From NCBI RefSeq assembly GCF_964204645.1, contig NC_134032.1, forward strand, positions 8,172,275-8,236,274: a DNA stretch of 64,000 nucleotides. The letters are read 5' to 3'. A model generated the notes under the pieces. It worked only from the letters and a program-made list of their open reading frames with translations. It ran no database searches and was not told the DNA's origin. Of the stretch, positions 36,845-48,900 are shown in pieces; position 1 is the first letter of the stretch; each line of letters begins with the position of its first letter. Origin of the DNA: Tubulanus polymorphus (Eukaryota > Animalia > Nemertea). A program made the position numbers and the translations under genes.

Positions 36845-36953
36845 TCAAGCAAAATACATAACTTTCAGAGTATCAGGATGAACAGTGACAGCGCGAGCTA
36901 ACGCAAGTTCATTTCGTTCTTCGCTCGGTCCCGACTGTTGACTTCCTTCTCCG
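36845..36953 (-). CDS. AGO1: Argonaute last coding exon
   Basis: GEGSQQSG...[12 protein letters not shown]. Confidence 0.92.
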
Positions 36954-39900
36954 CTACAAGAATATAACAAGTAAAACAATGATTTATTAACAGGAGGTCA
37001 TTAGGAGCATTTGTGGAGGCAGCCAAATAACGTATATGCTCCATTAAACCTTCCCTACAGTATAACCGGACCCCCCTGAAGTAATCGGGCCCTGAAGACT
37101 CAGTTTCCATCCAGTCTCCTCTTTCAATTCCACATCAAGGGAGAAAGGGATCCTATTAACACGCTGAGCGGCGTATGGGCGAGTGGTTAGAGCATTCGAC
37201 TCTGGGAAGCCAGGTCGTGGGTTTGAACCCTGTTCATTACTGTAGTCTCCCCGGGTAAGACACTTATCCCAATTGCCTTTATCCACCCAGGAACAAGTGC
37301 GTACCCCGTCTGATAGACTCCTGAGCACCTAGTAGATGCTCGGATGTTACTTCTCCCCAGGTACAGATAGCTGATGTACGGTTAGGATTCAAGTTATAGG
37401 CTGGAGGTAACCATGCGAATTAAATGGAAAGTGCATTTCAGACCTGCCTACCCAGAATTATTACGGCCAGTGGTTTCAGTAGTAGTAGGGCCAGTCAGAG
37501 CGTAGTTTTTTGCCATTTTTCCTAGATCGTATTCAGACTCTTCTGAGAGTAATTTTGACTTCAGCTTTTCTGTCAAAATTGTTAAAGCACTGTTAAAAAC
37601 ACCTTCAGTTGCACTCGGCGATTAGCTCAGATGCTTTTGCTTCAGCTTTAGTAATATTTCGTTTTAAAGCAAGTTCAGATGTTTCTTTTCGTTTTAGTAA
37701 ACAATGTTTGGATTGAAGGTGTTTTTAACAGTGCTTTAGTCAAATCCTTGTGTTTCTATGTGCCTACGACAATCCGACTGCCCGCACTGAGAGCATGATA
37801 TATTATTGCACGTCGAACAGTATGCGGCGCAAAGGACTGTGGGTGAACTTAGTCTCTGCAATGTCTGCGTTCGAATCCCACACAGATAGCTGATTAAAAA
37901 ATTAAACCCGGTAATTTTGTCTACTATAGCAATTATTTTTTTCTCCCTGAATTATCTGGTCATTTTTGATCACCCGATGCCTCTACATTTGTATAGCCTA
38001 TGGCCACGCCACCAAGTACAGCGCGCAACATTGCAACACTAAATGTACTATAGTATATGCCAGCCCTGTTATCAGTGCATGTGTGTGTGTTCTGTGTACA
38101 TACGTAGATGTGTACTCAAGATTAATACAAAGAAGAGGTGCGCTAATCGATAAGTCAAACTACTTCATCACTGTAAAAGGCTATAATGTATTGGCGGTAA
38201 ATACAGTGATTTAGAGAGATCACCGCTCGTATTATGGCTACCAGAAATCACCGATCATGGTATTTTTAGGTGATAGTGATGAAAATCGTATTTTCTAAAG
38301 TCAGGTCGTAGCCTCGTAATGAGGCATGAATTACCGTAGAAACTACGGCGATATCATATGGGTAGGCAGGTCCGGCATTTGAACATATTGTATCACAGTC
38401 GAAAATGCGCTAGAGAAATTAAATAGCTATTACTACTGTTACTATTACCTGTCATGTTCCTTTTCGACGAGATGGTATCTGGCTCTGAAGGCGACGAGAT
38501 GTGCATAGTAAGCGGGAGCCGGTATCGATACGCTACGTGTACACCGTACGTACGTATGACACAACTGATACGTTAACATCTGCAGCTGATCGGCCGAAAA
38601 TCCGCAATCGTCCCATAATACGTGGTAATGCGACGGACGCGACGTACCCTACGAAATAATAATGACACATATTCGAACCTTTATAGCCTTTAAGGGATGT
38701 GAGGGGAAGCAAGCGTTCTTACAGATCAGGGAATCCAAAATCTCTGACCCCCCTCACCAAAAATTCCAATTACACCATAAAACATCCCCAGTGGCGGCTG
38801 TTTCTTATCAATATATTCATCGGGCCGCTCGTCACCAGCAAGATTGCGACAAGATACCAAAAAATCTAATTTGGCGCTGATTTTCAAGAAAGCAGTCAGA
38901 ATTCCCTGTTGTTCCACAGTAAATCTAGTATTCCCTAATCTGTAAGAATTCTGGGTAACCCTACGATATAAAACCCAGCAAAAAATATTCACATTTCCGT
39001 TTCACATATATCCTAAGGGTTGGTGATGTTCAACTGTTGTTGTATAATGGAAAGTTGTTGGTTCAAATACAGTACAAATTTGATGATTGTCATAGGGGTA
39101 TTTATGGTAGCAGCCATCTTTCTGGAAGTGTGTATTTTGGTAATTCGATGATGTCATAGGGGTTTTTGGAAGTGTCTACGGTACCTAGGTATCATGTAAT
39201 TCAGCCATATTACCTAGGGAGAGAGCCAATAAGGTAATCAATTCGCGACGTCATAGGGGGAATAATGACAGATGAAGTACAGTTCAACTGACCTGTATAC
39301 CGGCGTGACTGCACAAATAGAAATCGAACTCAGTAGGATGCGTAATACCGACGTCGACGGTAGTACCGGCTGGAATATTACCGCTTTTACCGATCTGATC
39401 TTTACGATCGGCGCAGAACAGCCGCGTGTGATGTCGCTTCTGTACGACGATATACGTGATACCGGGCTGGTATTCTAACTCTAACTGCATGCACGCCTTA
39501 CGCACGGCCACCAACTCATTCTGTAAAACCTACAAAATTATTTGTTATATGCAACCGTTACGTTTAATTGATTGTGATTAACATTCGATTTTGTTTGTCT
39601 AGTGTTAGATTTCGATAACTGTCCATGATTTTGAGGAAATAGTGGTCGTACACTGGTACACTGGATCAAAATGTGCATAGACTGATTTTCAAATCACGTA
39701 GGTCTCAACTATGGAACTAATGCAAAAATGAGCTTAAATTGGTCTCATCTTCAGTCTCAACTGTGTAACTGAAGCAAAATGAGATGAGCCTGGTCTCAGC
39801 AGTGGTCGTAAACTATGCACCTTAAGCAAAATAAAGTCTTATCTAGTTTCCACTGTAGAAATGAACCTATTAAAAGTCTAGTCTGATAATGTCTTAGATC

Positions 39901-42900
39901 TCAACCGTAGAACTAGACGCAAATGTGCTTAGACGACCGTTCTTATCTTTTAAGTCTGAAGCGTTGTTTCTTACCCCGGCTGTCTGAAAGCTGCCCTCGC
40001 TGATACCGCTACGGTAGAATATGATCCGATTCGGTTTGAACCTCGTCGATTTGTAAAACTGGATGAGTAATTCGCGCACCATCGCCGACAGATCCTGTAT
40101 GATCTCCTGACGGTGTCTCTGAATGCGTACGGTTGCCGAATAGCGACTCGGGTGTGCGTCCATACTACCAACAACCTGCGGGTGAGAACGTTTGCAAGAA
40201 ACTTTCAATATCACATTTCATACGACCGATTTACAGCCATTTTCTAAATATTACTTGGAATATGGGTCCCGCCAACCAGAATACCACCGAAAAATATCAT
40301 TAGCCGATATCGATGATCGTTACTTTAAAACTTATAGACCTCTAAATACCCTGCCCGTGGACATGAGAACAGTTGATGACTTTGAGACTTAAGAACTTAG
40401 TTAAAACCTGGCTATTTTAAAGGGCCTTCAGAGAGAAAGCACAGCAAGTGAATTTATCAGAATAGTGCTTTGCTAAAGACTTTCATCATTATTATCATTA
40501 TCTTTCAACACAAAATTATTTCCAGTCAATCATCATGTTTCCACCTTAATTTTTCAGGAAACGAAATATTTTTCTAGATATTCCAGTCTTAATTGCCGGC
40601 CTAACAGTTGGCGAAAGGTTAGTTTTCTTCGTTTCTCAGATCATTTGAATTTAATTCAAATTTGTTACTCTTTCTTCAGGGATGAACATGGAAAAAGGCA
40701 AAGGTGAGAGCATGAATTTCTAGATAGCAGACACTTGATGACGGATGCTCGAGAATATTTGATCTTTTCCTGAGTTTATGTAACGGGATGGCCACTTTTC
40801 GCCCCTCGGGGTATATTACAAGGATCAGAAGTCAAAATAAGGGGACATATATTTGCGCACAGGACCACCCTCAGCCCCCGGACTATTGTACATGGAATCA
40901 CGTATTGATAAAGAAACACCCAGCCGATAACATTATCAAAATTCTCCAAATTTTCCAAGTTTTTGGTAACATTTGTCAAATTCCTGAATCCTAGATTTTT
41001 CTGATTCCCCGAGTTTTCCAGGTTTTTTAGGTCAGTGACCACTTTGTGTAATCATTTTCATACCGAGATTTCAAAAAAGTAAGTCGGAGGCAATAACGAT
41101 GAATCAAGAATGACGTTAAAAAACAATTTGATTCTTCTTTGTTTATCCAAATAATTGATGATTAAGAGTGTGGATAGGTACTTACAGCTGCAATGGAAGG
41201 TTTGGCCGTATCGCCAGCCGGGGGGTGGGTCACATCAGCACCAAGGAAAATCACAGGCTCATTAAACACAGGAGGCCTGAAACGACAAACATCACCATTG
41301 TAACTAACGTACGAGACGTTTCGAACCTCTTTCGATGAATTTCGCCTCCGGGTAGATTTCCAATCAGGTCTCCATCTTCATCATGAATGAACCCTGCCTT
41401 TGCAGTGGGCAGGGGTGGATCCAGCCTGTCGCAATTTTTCACCCCCGTTCCCTTTTGAAGATACAATGGCAATATTTTTCATGTTTATGTCAAAAGCAAG
41501 CTCTTTTAAGCACCTTGGAGACACGCTATGAACCCTATACATACCAGGCTTCCTTTTTGTTCTAACCAAAGCCTATCATCCTTTAAAGCAGTCAGATTCT
41601 AATTGGCCCTCCCCATGTTAGTTTTTACAACCCTCCATTAAGTATGGCCATTTTCTAAACTTACCGTATAGCAGGCAATAAGATACTGTTAATTCCTCCT
41701 AATTTTACGTTTATTTTCAAGCACAAATTGGACAGAGTTTGCGGAGACGTTTTGTTAACATTTTTCGCTTGCACGCACTGCGTCGCCATGCCGATCAGAA
41801 TGTCACCGACGCGTTTTACTTCGGCTGAAACGATGAAAGGAATGACGTGTGAAAATGGGGAGCACCTAGAAACTATAAGCACCGTGATGGGAGAGAGCAT
41901 CAATAAGGGCGACTGGTAGACTGATGTTGAGAAGCGAAAACCCATAGCTAACAGCAGCTATTATCATAGAAAATCCAAAGACTTGAATGCCAATAAATGC
42001 AAATACTTGAATGCCTTGAATGAATTCCAATACGGCTTTTCCCCATTACAAGCTCTTACGTATCTAAATACAAATCATCTGGTATCAAAATATCTGCAAA
42101 ATAATCCTTGCTTAAGTAGCCATTTATCTTATATGTAACTTGCAGATAGTTGAACCCAGATTTCTTATACGTAGCCAGATGAATTTCATCAGTCGAAATG
42201 ATCAGAATTAAGGGCTTCTTACTGTTTGACGAATACGGAACAAATGATTCAGAATTATTCTGACAAATCCAATGGGCCTAAGGGATTTTTGTTAGTCATT
42301 AGGCATTGCCGTGTTGAGCAAGACTGAGAAACTGAGAGTTTTACTGGACGTACCGTAGACGGGCGTTTTACCCGGCAACACGACGACGATCAGTTGTAAG
42401 CCGGCGTACGTGTTCTTGAGGAACCGGAACATCGGCTCGACCTGGTCGTGTCCAGTCGCGTATTTACAGAAACACGGCTGCCCGACGATCGGCATGCCGG
42501 CGTCGTTTGAGATCCTCTGTAGCTGCTGCGTAAAGTTCCTGGAAAAAAAACACTGCATGGAAAATCGGCGTCATCATTTCCCTCGAAAGAATTAAACAGA
42601 TTCCGATGAACATCGTTTTTTTATGAGGTTCTCGATAAGACTACAGGGATAATTGATGTAGTATCGTAATCTAAAACCTACGTTATGGTTACAACTATTT
42701 TTAGTAACATCGTATTTTCCTGGCCAACCTCACAATTTTAATATTTTTCTGCAAACCCACGATACTCGCAAAGTCGCCAATTTCCACATCTAATAATCCC
42801 CGAGTTTTCTATGATTTTTCCATGTGATATTACACAAATTTCCCTTAGTTAATCAGAGAAGTTTCTATGTCTAAAAAGATAGATTTCATTCATCTTTCAT

Positions 42901-45900
42901 TGAATCATGTATACATGAAGAAACACCCTAAGTTCCCAATTCCCTATGCTTTCCAGGTTTTTTGGTAATATTTGTCAAATTCCTAGATTTTTTCTCGATT
43001 TTTCTGATTCCCAGAGTTCTCTAGGTTTCCAGGTTAAAGCCATTCTGAGGGAATGAAAACTGTTAGGAACCATCAAGGGGGATCTCAAAACTGTTAAGTA
43101 CCCGCAAATGGTCTAGAGATTGCCATGCACCTAAAGGGGTATTAGAAACTGCTAGAGGTATATCAAGAGGGTCTAGAAACTGTCAGGTAAGGGGATCTAA
43201 AATCTAAAACATTCATAAAGGTCCTTGAAACTGTAAGATATTGTCAACGGGGGTCTAGAGATTGTCAGGCACCTTCAAAGGTTTCTAAAGTCATTTTCTT
43301 ATTATTCATCTAAAATTAATCACTATTCATACCTCAATGCGTCCTCACGGACCGTCCTCTGAGGCGCAAAACAAGCGATAGCCCAAACACGAATTTCAAT
43401 GCCGCTATAAAACTGTTTTCCCCTCATGTCCCAGACACCTTGATTCGGTACGGCTTGAGCTCTAGTTTGCTGTAGGAAAGAAAATCGAGAAAAATAACTT
43501 TGGAAACAATTTCATGAGATCCCAGAAAATATCAAATACCACTCATGTTACCCTGCCAGAAATACTTACTCTGCCTCCGTATTGAAGCCGTGGTGGGGCG
43601 AGTACGCGACCTTGAACTTCTGTCATCTGGTTGGCCACGCTAAGGCCGAACGTCTGCAGATATCGGTCGTTATTGAAATCAGCTTTTCGCACCTACAAAA
43701 GTCGAAAAGAGATTTTTCTTAAAATTCCAATGGAAAATGGATTATCATTTTTTGGATTTATGCTCTTGAAATTTTATGAGGTTTTGCACTCACCACCAGA
43801 AGGTGTGAATAATAGATGGTTTTACGTTAGTCAAAATTAGTTCATTTTCAATTTTCAACTCCTTATATTAAGCTCCAAAAAGATTCACGATTATATAAAC
43901 TACTGTTTGGTGAAGCTTTCATCGATCAGATTAACTTCATACAGAATTCTTTGAAACGTTGACAAAATTGAAACGCTGAAAGATTCACTACCAGCGACAC
44001 CTCGCGGATAATCACTCAGTAATATCCTCTATTGCGACAGTTTGATGCCACACTGCACACTAGCACACCTAGTGGATCCTCACTCGCCAAAAGCGGATTC
44101 CTCGCTTACCGCTGTAGCGGAGCCAGTACCCAATTAAAGACGCATACTTACTAGCGTGTTTATTTCTTTCTCGCGGTCGGGAGCCGAGCGTGCGGTCGCC
44201 TGAAATGAAACATTGAGCGAAATCGTTAATTACAGTAGTGACTGATGTAAATTATGTTTTCAGTTATGGAGACAATCTCGCGACTGTTCTTTTTGGAAAT
44301 CGATCTGCTCAACAAACCAGATTGTTTATTTACGCACCTTGATCATTGTTGACGTCTGTAAGTCTGTGAGTTTTTTGATGCAGCGTTGACCTCCGACAAT
44401 ATTACACACCTAAAATCATCGCACAAATAAATCGTAAACATCTTCATCAATCTGCAACAGTGGACCCTGCAACCCCTCAGTCAGACATTAGATACTTTAT
44501 TACCATTCCTCCAATTTAAGGCGCTTCAAGGGTGGCCACTTCTATTTGACTTTTCCCTGACTATTCCGTTACATGCACGTTGTTTTCCCTGACCTGATCT
44601 GCTAAGAATTCAATCAATTAACACAGTCAAATACGTACGCTGACTCGGAAACTGTTCGATTCTACGCTCGATCTAGCTATCTCAACAAATTTCCCTGATT
44701 TTTAACTTTTTAACAAAACTATTCCCTGACTTTTTTAAAGAAAATAAAATTCGCCAACTTTTCCCTGATTTCCAGAAGTGGCCACACAAACATTTTTGGA
44801 ACTTCACCGGAAGAATGAACTATAATCACCGGATATCAGACATTTTATCAGCGCACTTTCAAAGAATGAGTGTCCACACTACGTCATGTGTGTTACATGA
44901 AATTGAATGACCGGTACAAACATTAGGCGTTATATTGGCCGACTTTCAGAAAGTGATCGCTACAATGCTGAATGTCCGAGAGGATGCCATTGTCAGGCTG
45001 CATTACTTTCTGTGTATTTCTACCTTGTTCCCACAGTTGTATGAATTCAAAAATTCTCAAATACTTACTTCCAGAGGTAGATATGTATGTTTCTGCTCTT
45101 GTCCCACTTGTAAACACGGCAAATGTGGATACCTTTAATAAAGAGGAATCACAAATTTAGGGGATTTACAAGGGTATTATTTGGGGGCAATTGTCCTAAT
45201 AGGGTGTGTGTGTGTGGAACTTGGGGAAAATATGAGTGCTTCTTCAGAAGAGGTACTTACATCAATTTCATCTTGTATCGTTCATGGAAGTATTTAGCGA
45301 CGGTGCATTCTATAGTTTGACCCGATTCCAGTTGTAACGGAAACCTGCAGGAGTAAAACGAGCATAAAGTGACTAAAAAGATTCACCGAGACTTGAAGTA
45401 ACTTCGCTTTATCAAGAGAGTTCACAGAAACTATTTCAGTTGAACAGTAGCGAGAAAATAGTTTTCAATGAACTGGTGAAGTTCATTTTAAAAGTAGGCG
45501 CAGTACTTCTGGAAGAAAAGTCCAGAAGATAAGTAGTTAATGCATGTGGGAAACTATTTGAAGAATAGCTATTTAAGTAAATAGTTCCTTAAATCTGACT
45601 CATAATTGGTGCACCGCAAGAGTTTTGGGCTCATTACTGTTGATTTTCATCGGGTATAAACTTACGATTGCGTTTGCGCCGGTCTTCGCGTAACGTTACA
45701 AACTCGATATTTACGTTTCATCGTACCGCAGTGCGTGATTTCGACTTTCAGACCTGTAAATACTGTTCATATGTTACTACACTGCAATCAAACTATATTC
45801 AACGTGAATATTTTCAAAATAATCAAAAATTTCGCTCTAAAAATGTCTCACATGTCGTATGGAACTCGGGCCCCTAAAACCGGCAGAACCTATAATAGGC

Positions 45901-48900
45901 CAATTCCATTATTCATCATGATCCAGTTCCACAGTTGTCAGTTAGAGTTAACTCTGAGATTAAATCAGTTCATTTTCAATGAGTTAACTTTTGAGTCAAA
46001 TACTAACTCACAACAGCGGAAGATGTGTCATGATTCGAACCTAATAGCAACATTTTAACGGAACTTTGACCATTGATTATGGGAATCGTTGTTCATGGAT
46101 CTGCATAAGGGAATTCTTAGTGGGCAAAGGTGCGTATGTCAAAGGGGCAAGTGTTTTATAGAGTAAGGAGGCAGGAGGTAACGTTGTATTTTTTTGGGAT
46201 GGAGAGGGTAAATATTTCAGGTAGATGGCTTGTGGCTGAAGTCAATAAGAGGAACGAGTATTTTTTAGGAGGGGAAAAGGGTCGAGTATTTCGGGTAGCC
46301 GGCTTATGCGTTATTGTTCAAATGGTGCAATAGGCCTAATCAGGGAGCGGATATTTTCGGGAGGGGGCGAGGGCAGCGACTAACAGGATCAAGATACCGG
46401 AGAGAGGTTTCCGTGAGGTGCCCAACTCGGTGATTTATCGAATACCTTTTATTTCCTTGGTGAATTTGACGCGTTGCGAGTCGGTGAGCGGTTTGCGCTG
46501 TTCGCTGACGTCGCGAATGTCCAGAACCTCACACATGAATTCGATGACCGGCTGAGCCTTGTAGAACGCGGTCGCCGAGACGTCGATGTTCAGCATCATT
46601 TTCCAATGCGACGGTCGCACGCTCTGGTGGAAGCCGAACCAGACCTCTCTGCCGCCGCCGAGCGGATGATCGTAGCCGTCGGGTGGCGAGAAAAAAGACC
46701 GACCGACCGGAGTGTACCTAAAAACACGGTCAAAATTACAATTTTTGGAACTAAAATTTGTATTTCCGAGTAGTACTTACCCTTTCCTATGGTTTTTGCC
46801 AATATTTTCTAAATTTGGATTTATCGCCAATGGTTTTTCTATACGACCCGGCCCTGCGGTATTGCATTTAGCCACCGGCGAAATCCGCCATCTTTTTTCG
46901 TCATAGCAGACCAAAAAAAACAGCTATGCGGGGCAGGTGGGCGGGATTCCCACCATAGGAAAGGGTAAGTACTACTCGGAAATACAAATTTTAGTTCCAA
47001 AAATTGTAATATTTCCATCGAGTACTGTACCCTTTCCTATGGTTTTTGCTAGACTAGCCTAGCACAAGGATGGTGGGAAAGGTAGATAGAAAAACCACCG
47101 CTCAAACGCAAGGTAAGAGGGAAAAAGAGAGCACTTACCCAAGCACGGAATGGAGCACTGTAGCACAGGGAAGACCGGTTGGCCACAGTGAGTCCGTCCA
47201 GCTCAGGAGCCCCCCCAGAATTTTGCGAAATTAATACTTGCAGATATGAGCCCAAACTATGTACAAGGATACACCCCCTGTGATCCTGATAATGCTACAT
47301 AAATATTCTACACTAAAGGGTCCGATCGGAAAGAACGGACACCTTGAGCCATGACAACAGGACCAAGTGAAGCTAATGAGCCTAACTGGCCTGAAACATC
47401 CCGTAAATAAAATGACGTGAATGTCGACGGTGAATTCCAAAAGGCGGCCCGACAGACTTCCTCCAACGGAGCACCCGAAAAGGCTGCGCAGGAAGTAGCC
47501 ATAGACCTCACTTGATGAGAAACGACTCCCTCCGAGGAAAGATTCTCCTTCAATAAAATGTCCTTGATCATTGAAGAGACCCATCGGGCTACTGTGTCCC
47601 GCGAAATATCACCCTTTAGGTGATCCAGCAGCGGAATAAATAACCGCTCCCGTGAACCCCTCCGTGAAGCAGAGCGATCTAAATAGAAACACAACGCCCG
47701 CACAGGACATAAAGTCCTGTCCGGGATGCCCGGTTCCACTCGATGTTTTAGGGCTTCAATTCGCCATTGACGCCCAACCGAGCCTGGTCGTTGGTTCTTT
47801 GCCAAAAATTCCAAAGCAGGCCGCAGCGAAACAAATTCATTCGCTGGCCCAAAGACAATGTGACCTTGTCGGACTGAAAGCGCATGAATCTCAGAGCGAC
47901 GGGCCGAGCAAGCCAAGAACAGCAAAAATACAGTCTTTTTTGACAAATTTGCAAAAGACGCTGCCGAAAGAGGTTCAAATAGAGCCTCCATTAACTTCTT
48001 CAAAATTACAGACAGATCCCATGGTGGAACTGTCCTTGTTACCCTAGGCCGGGAAATAGAAAACCCAGCAACCAGCTGGGATATCCGATGATCCCCTGCT
48101 ACATTTGGCCATCCAGAAGCACGCAATGTATGAGAAATCGCGGAGCGGTAACCTTTAATAGTTATGACCTGTAAACCTTTTGCTACAAATAGGTGCAGTA
48201 AAAAATCTGCCAATTGAGCTACAGAGGGTGAGCATGGATCAATTTCCCCTGCAGCACACCAATCCGCAAAATGACTCCATTTGGCATCGTAAATGGTACT
48301 TGTTGATGGCCGCTTAGATCCTGCGATAAAGGAGGCAGCCTGTTCTGAAAAGCCTGAAGCTGACAAGGATCGCTGGACAATGGCCAGGCGAGCAGATTTA
48401 ACCACTGGCTGTTTGGATGATGCCAAAAGATCCCCTGAGACAGAAGCGATGGGAAATTCGGAAGAATCCTGGGGTTGTCGCACAGTAGGTTGAGAAGTGG
48501 TAGGAACCATTTCTGAGCTGGCCAACATGGTGCTACCAGAACTATGTTGCAATTGACTGATCTCTCTATTTGATCCAGTAGGCGCGGCAGGACTGGTGTG
48601 GGCGGGAACGCATACGCATGCATCCCCGACCAGTCCAGAGAGAAGGCATCGACCCCCCACGCTTCCGCGTCTGGAAACGGGGACACAAACAGAGGACACC
48701 TCCGATTGAACCGGGTGGCAAACAGATCCAGCAGCGGATTGCCAAAAATGCCCCGAACCCGATCGGCTACTTCTTGGTGGAGAACCCATTCTGTCGCAAT
48801 AGCCTGACCTCGACGAGACAGAGCATCGGCCATCACGTTCCTTTTCCCTGCTAAATGTGCCACAGTCAGGGACACGCCCTTTGTCTGGCACCAAAGAAGA

